The notes: generated by a model from the sequence alone, not told the origin. DNA of 64,000 bases from the human T2T-CHM13v2.0 reference genome, Homo sapiens (GCF_009914755.1 NC_060934.1); one strand, 5' to 3'; shown: positions 29,231 through 44,904, counted from the first letter of the stretch. Program-made: numbers and translations.

Positions 29231-29509
29231 CTTCCCGGCGGCACGTGCGCTCCGCTCCCGCACTCCCGCCGTGCGCGCTCCCGCCCGCCTCGGGGACGCG
29301 CGCCCAGGGCTGCAGGTGCCCGGAGCCCCTCGGCGGGAAGCGGGCGCTGGAAGCCCAGGACCCAAAGCGGGGCTTCGGGGCACGCAAACGAGCGACATTG
29401 GCGTGTCCAGCCGGCAGGTCAGAGGATAGCAGAGACGTAGGGAGGTCAGCTGAGTAGGGGGCGAGAGGATGGTCTCCGGAGCCAGCCTGGCTTTTTTTTT
29501 TTTTTTCAT

Positions 29510-29680
29510 TTCTGCCTCAACTACTTACCAGGTGTCAGCCCTTGGACACTTTTCCCTGTGCCTCAGTTTCTTCATCTGTAAAGTGGAATGATAATAGGAC
29601 CTGCCTCATGGGGCTGTCCTGGAACAAGCGAGTGCTTGGTAGTAAGTGCAAAGCTCAATAAAATGCCATTGCTACTGACA
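29510..29680 (+). mobile_element. MIR
   Basis: ctgtgcctcagtttcttcatctgtaaagtggaatgataatag core. Confidence 0.85.
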
Positions 29681-30239
29681 TAGGTGACACTGCTGTCATT
29701 TTTCAGGAACTTAGGCTAAGCGTTCACATCAGCACTACTTTAAGTAGGCTACTGTGTAGATCCCATTGCTGCTTCAAGCTTCTCAAATGTTCATCACTGT
29801 CCCATCTTTCTGTAGGTCAACTTTCCTTTTTTACATCGTGGAAATTGTCAAGAGTTTTAATCTCCAAAGCCTCCCATTAAGGGGTGCCATAAAAAGATGA
29901 ATGATGTAAACTTCCCAAAGCCGTAATTAGCTGACAGTTAAATGATTGATTCAATCGAAGCTAGAAAAGTTAGGGTGTACAAGTAACCAAAAGGCTTCCT
30001 GTCCTTGATTCCAGGAACTAGAATTACTGAACCTGGCAACCCTGCACTGTGCCTTTTATCTCTCTTTTCCAGCTGGTGAAAACTGACACGAAGAAACTGA
30101 ATGCTGCGCCCAATATCTCACAGAAGGGGTGGAAGGAGGAGGCAGGGTCACAGGCTCTTTGCTAGCACCCAAACTTTGAGAACTGTGACTCAGATTAGGT
30201 TTGGTCTCTAAGGCTCCTTCTAGCTCTCAAGTGTGGTAA

Positions 30240-30626
30240 TCTTAACGACAGGGATACCCAGCAATACAGTCTGAGAAATTCATCCTTAGGCAATTTCGTG
30301 ATTGTGCGAACATCATAGAGTATATTTACACAAACCTAGATAGTAGAGCCTCCTACACACCTAGGCTATAAGGTGTGACTTATTGCTCCTAGGCTACAAA
30401 CCTGTTCTGCATGTGACTATACTGAACACTGTAGGCAAGTGCAATACAATGGGAAGAATTTGTGTATTTCAACATAGACAAGGTAACACATTGGGCTATA
30501 ATGTTACCATGGCTATGACATCGCTAGTCCATAGGAATTTTTCAGCTCCATTATAACCTTATGGGACCACCATCGTATGTGCAGTCCATCGTTGACCAAA
30601 ACGATGTTATGTGGCACATGACTGTG
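30240..30626. mobile_element. Tigger3a (MER7A-like) DNA transposon
   Basis: ttgtgcgaacatcatagagt...ctcctaggctacaaacctg...ttatgggaccaccatcgtat...catgactg. Confidence 0.88.
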
Positions 30627-31043
30627 TATACGCTGTTTAAGAAAATACAAATCTATACTTCCTTTTGGGGCTTCTTTCATTCATTTAAACCAGGTTTCTG
30701 AAGACTAGTATTTATTTTTAGGATCCTGATACCAAAATGGCATAACTCATTTAATACATGAATTGAGGGGCTAAAAGCAGACCAGAGTTATTTTCAACAA
30801 CCAAATACTTCTCCGAAAGTTACAGGATTCCCAGGTTAGCAATCACCCAGACTGGGCTATTCTCAATTCCTGACAGGAAAGAGCCCTCACTCGTATCTCT
30901 TTGTAGCCCCTGCTGGACCCAGCAGATTGCTTTGCACATAAAAAGTCCTCAGTAAATGCTTACTGAATTAAATTGCTATGATTGTGGTCTCCCATCACTA
31001 AAGGAGACCTTGGAACCACAGAGATGCTCAAGAGACATCAGTC

Positions 31044-31335
<292 letters not shown>

Positions 31336-32437
31336 TCATGGATGAGAACCCAAAGTCACTAGTTAATGAATTAATGGGATTTTGGATGGACAACCCTGGC
31401 CCCAGATTTACTTGGCAAAATAAACTGGAAATTTCAGATACGTTTTTTCCATAAATTATATGGCTAATTTTGAAAACACTGTTTTGGACTTGATTATGAG
31501 CACCCCTGTCTCAATTTTATACTTTCATAATAGCACTCTGACTCTATGGTATTATTACAGTTCAGAAATCCCCCAATTTTTTTCCCCAAGTCAAAGTGTC
31601 AACAGTGTCACCTCACCTGTACTTTGTCAATCCCTGCTCTAAACAATTATAGCTAGATTATATTCACTCCATGATTATATTCACTCTAACATGACATGCC
31701 AAATATTAAAATACCCTTCAACTGAAGGGAGGGTGAAAGCTGTACAGCAGGAACGTAACAAAAAGTAAAAAGAAGTATGGTCTAACGATTTGTGTTACCA
31801 TTTAAAATATTCCACAATACCAAAGGTTAGGACCACCTCTCGTCCATCATCATGGAATAAGAGAGATGGATATTTGCATTTCGTTTTTGCAAAAGTTATG
31901 TATTATGCTAATGACAATATTTAAAATCTTGCCAATGGTAAAAGTACAGGTTTAAATCCCCCACAGGATCCCATAATAACTAAGGCCAGAAGTACAATTT
32001 GTGATGAGGACATAAGAACATAGAACATGGAGGAAAGAAATTCTCCAAATTATCTATCCTTCACTGTCATCTTCAAAATATGGATGAAAGGGTCAGGTCT
32101 TCGAGTCTCCTGTAAAGTGAGACTTTGAAATGTGAATCCATGGCCATTTGATTCATTTAATTTTTTTTAAGAGAGATAGTTCCCTAAGGGAGGGATTTTT
32201 TTTTTTTAAATAAGGCTGTGGAAAGCATTGCAATGCCCATATTCATGCTCACCAGCCAGGGTAATTTCTGAAATCTCATGAGAAGCCAATGCTTTTCTAT
32301 TGACTAGAAAAGTCAGCTCCAATGACACTACATATAACTATTCTTTACGGACGAAAAAAAGATCAGTCAACATCTGTGTGTAAGTGAAAAGGCAATGGGT
32401 AACCAATAGCCACATCCACACTGCTCATACACAAAGC

Positions 32438-32749
<312 letters not shown>

Positions 32750-33019
32750 CAAAGCCTTTAGTTTAAAAGAGAAGTTACTGATCGCAGTGTGAGAAAGAGG
32801 ACCCCATGAAGAACTGTGAACCCAACATCGTAAGTAACACAGTTTGTTACCTATAACTCTGAGGTTGTATTATTTATTGGTGTGCTGAGTTTCTTTCTGA
32901 TTCCCTATCTTTAGAATGTACATTCCATGAGACTGGGAAACTTATCTGTCTTCTGCCCTTCTCCATTCCTTGGTTCAGATCAGTATCTAATACATAATTA
33001 GCTCCCTGCAAATATTTGT

Positions 33020-33105
33020 AGAAAGAATGAAAGGAAGGAAGGTGAGAGGGAGGGAGAGAAGGAAGGAAGGAGGGAGGAAAGAATGACTGAAAGAAAGAAA
33101 GAACA
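33020..33105 (+). repeat. GA-rich (GGAA)n-like low-complexity repeat at an L2 tail
   Basis: Directly visible. Confidence 0.85.
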
Positions 33106-33639
33106 AAAATATGCAAACATGCTTGTTTTCTAGGCAGAAAGTTCCTAACTTTTTTTCATATGCTCAAAGGGGTCTGTGACTCAAAAAAAAAAAAAAAAAA
33201 CAGTAAGAATGACTGCTTTTCAACTACAAAAGCTGCCTCTCATGATCTCCTCTGCTCTTTTGCTCACAAGACACCCTGTTCCTGATTACATACCAAAATT
33301 GTCATCATGGTTTGCCAGAAATCTATAATGATGTCGTATCGTTTGAAAAGTGTCTCAATATGTTTTTACAGCTTTAGAGAATTTCTCCTGCCTGCTCAAC
33401 TTACAGTTGCCATTCTACAACCATCCATTTGGCCATCTCTTAGACGCCATGCCATTTATTTATTTTTTGTTAAGTCTCATCAAGCAGAGTTGTAATAAAA
33501 AATATTATAAGATACTAAAAAAATGAAGTAGAATTTCACGGCATTTTTGTCTCTGTTTTAGAGGCATAAAACTCTTGCCTCTGTATATGTGACCTTTGAA
33601 TTAACCTTTAAACCCTTGTTCTCATAAGTCTTTATAAAT

Positions 33640-34150
33640 TGTGTGGCAACAGTTTTCACAGATGGCCTCCCAGTGAACTGTGCCATCCAATATTCACCCT
33701 CCTCTTGAGTCTGGGCCGGCTCTGTGACTCACTTTTCACAAGATTGTGGGGGAAGCGATGCTGAGTGATTTCTAAGGCTAGATCCTAAGTTTTGCAGCTT
33801 CCACCTGGGCCTCTGAAATACTTAGCGCACTCCCTCCGGACACTCAGGTGCCATACTGATAGGAGCCCAAGTCACATGGAGAGGCCACATGTAGCTGGTC
33901 TGGATGACAACCTCAGCTGAGTCCTCAGACATCAGCCAGCATTCACTGCTGTTGGGCATCCTGAATGTCCAGCACAGTTAAATCTTCAGATGCCTCAGGC
34001 CCCAGCAGTGTGACCCCATGAGAAATCCCAAGTGAGGATGTCTCAGGTGAGCCCAGTCAACCCCGTAGAACCATGAATGTCATAATAAATTGTGTGTTAA
34101 GCTTTTGAACTTAGGGTGGTTTGTTATACACCTGCAGACAACTGGAATGC
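33640..34150 (+). mobile_element. MLT1 (H/G-like) MaLR LTR
   Basis: gtcacatggagaggccacatg...ggtggtttgttatac...aactggaa. Confidence 0.8.
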
Positions 34151-34546
34151 ATTGATTAAAAATACAGCGCTAAGGCCTTTAGCATGGTTTAGCTAAAACT
34201 TTAATAAATAGTTTCATCAAAATTAACAGAAGGGATGTATGAAAATGTCAAGTTATAGAAGAATGGAGTGAACTGTAGCAGATCCCAGGGTATTCAAGGA
34301 CATTTTTTTTTTCACTAAATTGCTACTTTTGTCTAAGTCTTTTCTTTGAGGTAGGGTCGTTACTTTGTGAAACAACATAAGGACTTCCATCTCTCGGAGT
34401 CTGTAAAGTAAATATAGTTGCAATTGCACTTGACTTCGATATGAAATAAGTCCTTGGCCACATACTTTGGCTAAAAAAGGGAAAGAAGTGGTGGTCACAA
34501 GTAGCCAGGCTAAAGAATCAATGAAAATGGGACAATAGATGAGAAA

Positions 34547-34549
34547 ATA

Positions 34550-34600
<51 letters not shown>

Positions 34601-34612
34601 GCATATGTATAT
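34547..34612. repeat. (TA)n microsatellite
   Basis: Directly visible, imperfect. Confidence 0.95.
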
Positions 34613-34654
34613 GCTCAGCTTCTATTTTCTGTTTGTTTATACTTCATGAAAATT

Positions 34655-34960
34655 ACAGGTCCACAATTCCTCATCCACAAAGCTCTGAAAACCAAAAGTG
34701 TTTTTCATAAGTTGGGCACCTAAATTCTTTTGGTAGCAATAGAACTTTCCTTTGGCTATTAAGGGTCTTTATCTTATTTAATATTAACACTCATTTTGTT
34801 ACAGAAGTCTTTGTTTCATGACAAGGTGCTGGTACAGATCCCACTTATGACACCTTTAAACAGTACACCATACATGTGTTGTGTCACCCTTCTAAAAATC
34901 AAACCTTCTGATATCTGAGACACTTCTGGTTTCAGACCTAAAGAAGACTCTATCATAGAC
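34655..34960. mobile_element. MER46C-like Tigger-family remnant
   Basis: caggtccacaattcctcatcc...aaagctctgaaaacc...acacttctgg. Confidence 0.6.
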
Positions 34961-34984
34961 CTGAAGTGAACTTTATTGTACAGG

Positions 34985-35255
34985 GAGGACAGTAGAGTGT
35001 AGAGTAATCAAGCAGTCTTTGGAGTTAGACCACCTGAGTTCAAATCCTGGATCTGCTGCTTGCCAGCTCTGACACTTGGATTGATTGCAAAACCCTCTGC
35101 TTCAGTTTATTCTTCTACAAAATACAGAGAGTAAAAGAAATGACCTCAGAAGGGTTCTTATGAGAACCAAATGAGATTATGCATGTAAAATGCTTAGCCC
35201 AATAACTAGTAGTTGGTAAACACTCACCAAACATTAACTATTATTGTATTATTAT
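34985..35255 (+). mobile_element. MIR
   Basis: ctgagttcaaatcctggatctgc...cttcagttt...aaatgagattatgcatgtaaaatgcttag. Confidence 0.85.
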
Positions 35256-35267
35256 TAAAATGTCAGT

Positions 35268-35608
35268 TGTTTGTTTTGGTTTTTGTTTTTGCTTTTAGAG
35301 ACATGGTCTCACTCTGTGGCCCCAACTGGAGTACACTGAAGCTCACTGTCACCTCAAACTCCTGGGCTCAAACAATCCTCCCACCTCAGCCTCTCAAGTA
35401 GCTGGGAGTAGAGGTGTGTGCCACCATGCCTGGCTATTTTTTTATTTTTTATTTTATTTTATTTTATTTTATTTTTATTTATTTATTTATTTTTTAGAGA
35501 TTGGGTATTGCTTTATTGCTCAGGCTAGTCTCAAATTCCTGGCCTCAAGCAATCCTCCCACTTTGGCCTCCCAAAGTACTAGGATTACAAGAATGAGCCA
35601 CTGGACCC
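35268..35608 (-). mobile_element. AluJ with expanded (ATTTT)n linker
   Basis: Alu arms around a TTTTA repeat at ~35436-35495. Confidence 0.88.
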
Positions 35609-35918
35609 AGAAAAAATGTCAGTATTTTATAAATTCAATGAAACAAATAATATTTAAATGAGAGTTCAGCCAGGAAAAAAGAAACTACTCAAGGTATCAC
35701 CAACAGGAAGATATTCAATATAGGGAATCAGATGCATACAAAGTCTTTGGAAGGAGTGAATGGGCAAAAGTTGAGAAGGTAGCACTACTAATTTCAGGTT
35801 ATTCCATATCACCTGTGGACCCAGTGTCAGGAAGCTGCTGTACTCAGAGATCAGAAATTGCAATAAATGACAGGTAATCAATCACTGTCCATGTCACAGC
35901 TGCTCTCCTTGCAGCTCA

Positions 35919-36279
<361 letters not shown>

Positions 36280-37254
36280 GTTTATATTTGTCAAACCCCT
36301 TGTGTCAGCTGCCACTGTCACAGAAAGAATGACATGCTCCTTGCGTCTTTCAAATCCTTGAGTGCACCTCATTGGCACAACCTAAACCTTATCAGAACTG
36401 TGCTGGCAGGAGACTCTGGGAAATGCAGCTCCAGGCCTCCCAGCCTCTGTGATACACATAACACCCTAAACAAATAGTCATTTCATAATAATAGTAATTT
36501 ACACTTGTATAGCACTTTCCATAAAATCTCTGCAGGCAGGCAGAAACTGTAGCTCAAAGTTGCAAGGCTGGCAAGAGACTTAGAACCTTATATCTCAAAT
36601 CTAGGGTGTACTTTTTTTTATGTCAGTGTGTCCTATTTAATCATCCGGGTTCCACTTTCCCCCGCAAATCTTCATAACCATTGATATTATTGTTTATTGT
36701 TTTTCTTTCTTTCTAAGTTGACTCACATTTCTATGTAAATAAAGAGGAAATTTTGCATCATAAAGTATAATGCAACTCACAAAACTGTTTTGCTACATAA
36801 ATGGAAGATAAAAGTAAAAATGAACACACTGAAATCCAAACGGTGATATTAAAACCAGTTAGTAAAGGGCTCTGAGCCTGAAGCCTGCTCCTCTTTCTTC
36901 AAAGATGTGATTAGCATGTGTTAGAGATGTTACTTGTACTAACAGCGAACACCCTAACTGCAGATTAAGACTCACTGATATATTCACAAGAACTAAAGGG
37001 TGAAAAAAACCTCTGAAAAATTAAATTTCTCACTATGTGAGGCAAGGTTATTTAAAGCTTTGCCATCTTATCTACCATCAGTAGAACACATCTTACGCTT
37101 TGGATAACACTGCTTTCTGCCGTCTTCATTTTGGCAGTTTAGCTGAGAATCAGTATTTATTCATTTTGTTGTTGAAATTATCTGATAGCTGAGCATTAAA
37201 AGTATGTCAGTATGTCTTGCCCCTGATGACTCATTCACGTAAGATTTTGTTGCT

Positions 37255-38400
37255 GTTATTAAGGTGAAATTCACATAAAATAAAATCAACCGTTTTTCAA
37301 GTGAACCCTACGGTAGCATTTAGTACATCCATAATGTTGTACAACCACCACCTCTATCTAGTTCCAAAATATTTTCATCACCCCAAAAGAAAACCGCATA
37401 GCCATTAAGCATTTATTCTCCATTTTCCATCTTCCGGTTCCTGGCAACCCTCACTGTTTTCTGTCTCTTTGGATTCACCCCGAATATTTCATATAATTGG
37501 AATCATGCAATATCTGACCTTTTGTGTCAGTCTTCTTTCACTGAGCATAACATTTCCGAGGCTCACGCATATGACAACTTGTATACATACTTCATTTCTT
37601 TTCATGGCTGAATCATATTCCATTGTTTGTATACAACACAATTGTTTATTTTTCTGTTGATGGACAGTTGAGGGTCCACCCTTTGGTTACTGTGAATAGT
37701 GCTGCTATGAACGTAAGTGTACATGTATTTTTTTTTCGAGGACCTGTTTTCCAGTCATTTTGGGTATATGTTGAAGAGTGGAATTGCAGGATCATATGGT
37801 AATTCTATATATAACTTGTTGAGGAAGCGCCAAGCTGTTCCCACAGTGCTGTGCCATTTTACATTCCCACCAACAGTGCACAAGTGTTCCAATTTCTCCA
37901 CCTCCCCACCACCACTTGTTATTTTCTGTTTTTGTGATTATAGCCATCCTTGTGAGTGTGAAGTGGTACCTTGTGGTTTTGATTTGCATCTCCCTAATGA
38001 CTAGTAATGTTGGGTATCTTTTCATGTGCTTATTGGTCATTTGAATATCTTCTTTGGAGAAATGTCTATTCAAGTCCTTCGCCCATTTTTGAAGTGGGTT
38101 GTTTGTCTTCTTTGTTGAGTTGTAAAAATTCTTTACATATTCTGACCCTTATCAGATATATGATCTGCAAATATTTTCTCCCATTCTCTAGGTTGTCTTT
38201 TCACTTTATTGATCATGTCCTTTGGTGTACAAAAGTTTCCATTTTGATGAAGTCCAATTTATCTATTTTTTTCTCTTGTTGTGTGCTTTTAGCGTTATAT
38301 CTAAAGATCTATTGTAAAATCCAAGTTCATTAATATTTACCCCTATGTTTTCTTCTAAAAAGTTTTATGATTTTAGCTCTCATGTGTATATAAGATTCTT
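37255..38400 (-). mobile_element. L1MB-like 3' portion
   Basis: ORF2 C-terminal remnant on - ([31 protein letters not shown]) plus 3'UTR. Confidence 0.92.
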
Positions 38401-38647
38401 AGACCATACTATAAAATTTCCACAGAAATAAGCTAGATTTATTGACCCAGGTTAACTCTATAATCACTGAAATCGACCTACCCTTGAAAGACTCATTTCC
38501 TTTAATAAATGAGCTTGTTTAGCCAGACTGTGGAAAAAATCACTGTACTAGATTCTACAGCAACATATAAATACATTTGTATATTTATTAGTATATTATT
38601 CCTATACACCAATGGGAAGTCTATAGTATGTTCTATGAAAAAATGTT

Positions 38648-38989
<342 letters not shown>

Positions 38990-39580
38990 TTAATATATTG
39001 TTTTGCTTTAAAAACTCCAAAAGAAAACCAGACAGCCACCAAAGTCCATGACAAGGAAGTTCATGAGAAATAGAAATAAAGTGATAAACATCTGTTCAGC
39101 TTCATAAATAATCAAATGAATCTCAGTGGAGGCCAGTGGAATATAATTATTCACCTGTCATATAGCAAAGATTTAATAAATTGGTTAGCCATGTGCCTGT
39201 ATCATGCATATGAAAATCTGCCAAAAGGGTAGGTAGCATGTTAAGAGTTCTTACCACAGTAACATTTTAAAAAGAAAGTTAATAAAGTGCATTAATTATT
39301 TTTTGAAAGACCAATTAACACCCAAAATGTGGTGAAACAGGCACTACCATACATTACTAACAGGAGTGTAAATTGGTAGAATTTAAAGAGCATTTTGATA
39401 ATATGAACTAGACTTTATAATGTAAGTACTTCGATTTGGTAATTTAGTTTCTAGGAGTATTTTCTAAGCACATAATACCAAAAAGCCCAAAGAGCTCTGA
39501 TAGTTCTGTTTGCCACATCCTTGTTTACAATATAAAAAATTGGAAGCAACCTACCTGTCAATAAAGTATTCGTTAAATTA

Positions 39581-39904
<324 letters not shown>

Positions 39905-39926
39905 TAGGCCATTAAAAATTATGTTT

Positions 39927-40279
<353 letters not shown>

Positions 40280-40329
40280 TCAGCAATACCTTCACTACTA
40301 ACTTAACACCACACACACCACCCTTCCTC

Positions 40330-40720
40330 AAGGAAAGTATTCACTCTCTCAATGAAAGGCACCAATGAATAACTACCTGGACACCCTCTAGTGCCTCCTT
40401 CTCATCTCTGCCCACATCCAACAAGTCAGCACGTGTAAATCCTATCCCCAGATAGCTCTTGAATGTGTTTCCTCCCCATCAGCCCCACTACCACTGTTTT
40501 AATTTAATCTCTTATCGCTTCATGTTTGGATTGCTACAGATTTTTTCGTATCTCCAATCTGCTCCTCTGGGTCATACATAGCTGTGCTCCCACTACTAAC
40601 AGCACGATTTTCCTAAAATTTAAATCTGACTGTGTCATTTACCTGCCCATTCATAACTTCAAAATACAGTCCATGGTAAGTATTCAACAAACGATCGACA
40701 GACAACAATGAATGATTGAA
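40330..40720. mobile_element. L2 fragment
   Basis: cccacatccaacaagtcagca...ttcctaaaatttaaatctgactgtgtca. Confidence 0.6.
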
Positions 40721-41775
40721 TTTAGAGTGAGATTGCTGGTCCCTTCCCAATCCAGGGTAACTGTGGGTTAATCATCATTTTTTATAATCCCCTAACCCTG
40801 TTGGTCTTCAGGCAAAGACTCAATACATGTGTCTCTTGGCCGTTAGTGCTTTTCTTAGGTTTTGTTACACATGACTTTGTTCGTATTTTCACTATCTGGC
40901 AACAAGCAGCTTAAGGGGAGGACTGGTATATATTATAAGGTCACTGTGGAATTTGGTGGCATTTCTGGAGGATCCATAGTGCCTAAGACTGGGAAGGGGG
41001 CACTTTTAAAGTGGAAAAATAAAAGACAGCTGTGGTGATTACATATCATCCATTTAACTTTGCTATCTGGGAGATACTAAGATAAACTATGAAATAATTC
41101 CCTTCCAAGTAACCAGAGGAACAAAATCTAAAGTACTCAAGGGCAACTAGCAGAGCTTTGAAAGAAGCAAACTCTGCAGGAGCAAGTGAATTTCCTTCTA
41201 TAACAACATATCAGGCAAAATGCTGACAAGAAGAAGGCAAAAGCTATACTCTATTCTCTTCAATAAAGATCCCAATATGATGTTATCATCGTTCACCTGG
41301 GAGGATGCAGTCCAGCTGAAGAATGGCCAATTTCAGACATACGTGTCATACCAGTATCAAGGCATTTCTCAGAGAATAGCAAATATACTTTTTTTGACAA
41401 ATAAAATTTTAGGGTTCACCTTTTCTGAAGTTACAAAATCTAGAGCAAAGAAACAAGTCAATACAAGAACCCTCTTATCATATTCATGATGTCAGTGGAC
41501 TAAAACATAACAAAATTTGCACTGGTGGACAGACTTAAGCCAGCATTTGACAGTACAGATAATGGCTAGTGGTGACCCTTTTACATTGTGTTCTTATTCA
41601 GGTAATGTGTAAACTGTGTCTTATAGTAAACAGGGGGTACATGAAAAAAAACTATTATTAAGACATAACTATGTTGAGGTTAAAAAGAATGTCAACATTT
41701 ATTTAGGCAGTGATCAAGCCTGTTTTCAATCTTGGAGTTATTGCCACCCTTCCTAAAAAAATAATTAAAAGTCTA

Positions 41776-42073
41776 AGCCGGGCATGGAGGGCCACACCTG
41801 TAATCCCAACACTTTGGGAGGCCAAGACAGGTGGATTACTTGGGGCCAGGAGTTCGAGACCAGCCTCGCCGACATGGTGAAACCCAGTCTCTACCAAAAA
41901 TACAAATATTAGCCAGGTATGGTGGTGCAAGCCTGCAATCCCAGCTACTTGGGAAGCTGAGGCACAAGAATCCCTTGAACTCAGGAGGTGGAGATTGTGG
42001 TAAACCAAGATCGCACCACTGCACTCCAGCCTGGGTGACAGAGTAAGACCCTGTCTCAAAAAATAAAATAAAA
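41776..42073 (+). mobile_element. Alu (J/S); its tail is the donor of a local duplication
   Basis: Full Alu; TSD taaaagtct. Confidence 0.93.
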
Positions 42074-42153
42074 GTCTGAAAAGGCATTTTAAGCAAAACA
42101 CTTGGACGACAATTTTTAAAATAAGCAAATATTCAGTTAAAAAGTACATTTAT

Positions 42154-42449
42154 GGCCGGACATGGTGGCTCACACCTGTAATCCCAGCACTTTGGGAGGC
42201 CAGGCAAATGGATCATTTGAGGTCAGGAGCTCAAGACCAGCCTGGCCAACATGGTGAAACTCCATCCCTACTAAAAATATAAAGATTAGCCAGGCATGGT
42301 GGCAAGTGCCTATGATCCCAGCTACTTGAAAGGCTAAAGCAGGAGAATTGCTTGAGCCTAGGAGATGGAGGTTGTGGTGAGCTGAGATGCTGCCACTGCA
42401 CTCCAGTCTAGGTGACAGAGTGAGACCCTGTCTCAAAAAAAAAAATGAC

Positions 42450-42500
<51 letters not shown>
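42154..42500 (+). mobile_element. Alu followed by (TA)n microsatellite
   Basis: Alu 42154-42445; (TA)n ~42457-42496. Confidence 0.93.
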
Positions 42501-42634
42501 TAAACACACACTAATCTGAGAGATACTCTGTCTCCTTCAAATCTAAGAGATGTTCTGTACAAGGACAAGATTTTGACCATGGAGAATTTGCCTCTGTCGC
42601 CTGAGTTTCATTTCCCCTTGGGGTTTTCCCAGGG

Positions 42635-43035
42635 GGTGTGACAGTCATCTGTGCTGCTCAACAGATTATTTCTGGCTTTCTGCCTTCCAGACATATGATG
42701 GGATTGCTTCCTCGCCCCCTTGGGTTGGGTGGGGTAATCCAGGCTAACAAGTCATGACAGAATGTGGCATTTATAACTTCTGTGCAGAGCAGAGCACTAA
42801 GTTGCTGGTGTGAGACCGTGTGGAGCACCCTTTCATTCCTCTGCCAGGACAACCAGCCATGATCCTGGCGGTGGCTGCTCCATCAGCCTGGATTACAAAA
42901 CAGTGTGAAGCAGAAACCCCCCATTGTCTGGCAGTGGAAATGTAGCAATGGCAAGAACTAAGTCTTATTTTTTGCCACTGAAACATTGTGGCTGTCTGTT
43001 AGAGCAGCAAAACCTAGCCTGTTCTGACTGATACA
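42635..43035 (+). mobile_element. MLT1 (I/J-like) LTR
   Basis: tgccactgaaacattgtggctgtctgttagagcagcaaaacctagcctgttctgactgataca terminus. Confidence 0.75.
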
Positions 43036-43419
43036 GTAAGAATAGTATCACCAGTCCCATGACCCCAGTTATTAATCTCTTAACACCGAGACCCCAACGT
43101 TGACAATAAAAACCCTTTCTTAAGTTTCCGTTGCCCTGGCTGATAGACACTGGCACTTTCAAAATGGCGTTAATAAATACGAGGAGAGATAGGAGGCTGA
43201 GAGAGCACAGGCTTGGAGAATAAGCAGGAATCAGACTAACTGCGTTCTGCCCCTTCTACACTGCCTGATCTTGGGCAAGTTATATCATCTCCCCAAAACT
43301 CAGTTCCTTAACAATGAAAAGAGATAATAATAATGGAACCCATCCCACTGGATTGTTTTAAATGCTCAATAAATCTCCATTTCAAAGGTATTCTTCTTGA
43401 TGAGCTCTTAACTGCCAAC

Positions 43420-43860
43420 TGTTTTAGCTTAGGTTCCCCAGAAAACAGAATCTGAGTCAAATGCTTATGTGTGAGTTCATGAGAGGGACCAGAAGGGAGG
43501 GAGAAGGAGAGTAGTGCAGGGGAGATGGGAGAGCCTACCAAGGTTGTGAGGTGGCATTAGGAAGGGGGCGACTGGTCCCACAGGACCCATGGAGAAACCT
43601 TTCAAAATACCCTCCATGTATAGGGAGATGGGAGGAGGAAGGAAGAGGCATGTCAGCTCCTGTCACACACTGGCCACAGGTTAGCCTCAGGGAGGTGTTA
43701 GGTGACCTGCACTTCTGGGTTGCACAGGCAACAGCACTGAGAGGTGTGGCCCACACCTTGTCATCTCCAGAAGAGCCCTGAGACGGGAGCCGAAAGGCAT
43801 GGGGTGCTCACAGGTTGCACCTAATGTCAAGCTGCTCAGAGTCAACTGTTTGCCTTATTT
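43420..43860. mobile_element. Old ERVL-type LTR (LTR16/LTR33-like)
   Basis: aggttccccagaaaacagaatctgag start motif. Confidence 0.5.
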
Positions 43861-43948
43861 ATGTCTGCAATAAGTGACAGGTGAGGCTGAGGTCTGAAGC
43901 ATACAAAAGAGGCATCCAGCCCACCACCTGTTTAAAATTGCAAACATT

Positions 43949-44259
43949 GGCTGGGTGTGGTGGCTCATGCCTGTAATCTCAGCATTTTGGGAGGCCAAGG
44001 TGGGCAGATCATCTGAGGTCAGGAATTCAAGACCAGTCTGGCCAATGTGGCAAAACCCTGTCTCTGCTAACAATACAAAGAGTCAGCTGGGCATTGTGGT
44101 GGGCGTCTGTAATCCCAGCTACTTGAGAGGCTGAGGCAGGAGAATTACTTGAACCTGGGAGGCAGAGGTTTCAGGGAGCTGAGATCACGCCATTGCACTC
44201 CAGCCTGGGCAAGAGAATGAGACTGTGTCAAAAAAAAAGAAAAGAAAAGAAAAAGAAAA
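43949..44259 (+). mobile_element. AluS
   Basis: Full Alu; TSD aaaattgcaaaca. Confidence 0.94.
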
Positions 44260-44416
44260 ATTGCAAACACCTCACTCTGGAATTTCTTATCCTCCTACCC
44301 TGCTTATTTTCCTGCATTTCCTGCCTCACCATCCAATCTACAATATATTTTCCTTATTTCATGTATTCTTCCTTCCCCTACTAGAATGTAAACCCCTTGA
44401 AGGCAAAACATTGTAA

Positions 44417-44828
<412 letters not shown>

Positions 44829-44904
44829 TACAATTTTTAAAATAAGCAGATATTCAGTGCTCAAGTGTTTAGAGCAATGACTGGCACATACTAGGTCCTC
44901 CCTA

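Larger units (their letters stand above)
28250..29450. promoter_or_regulatory. CpG island promoter of a minus-strand gene
   Basis: Only CpG-dense, very GC-rich block in the window. Contains GC boxes, a YY1-type motif (AATATGGCGGC on -, ~29200-29210) overlapping CCAAT (29208-29212), E-box CACGTG 29242-29247, and ETS CAGGAAGT 29052-29059 overlapping kB-type GGGAACTTCC (-, 29054-29063). Confidence 0.93.

Noticed and set aside
28257-29509. Long overlapping ORFs (up to 355 aa) on both strands
   Set aside because: Pro/Arg/Gly/Ala-rich, open in nearly all frames, mostly non-ATG starts: stop-codon scarcity in a CpG island, with no recognisable domain.
37792-38073. ORF with L1 ORF2p C-terminal motifs (also 50486-51139 and 23407-23625 for ORF1p)
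   Set aside because: Fragmented fossil LINE sequence, not a functional gene.
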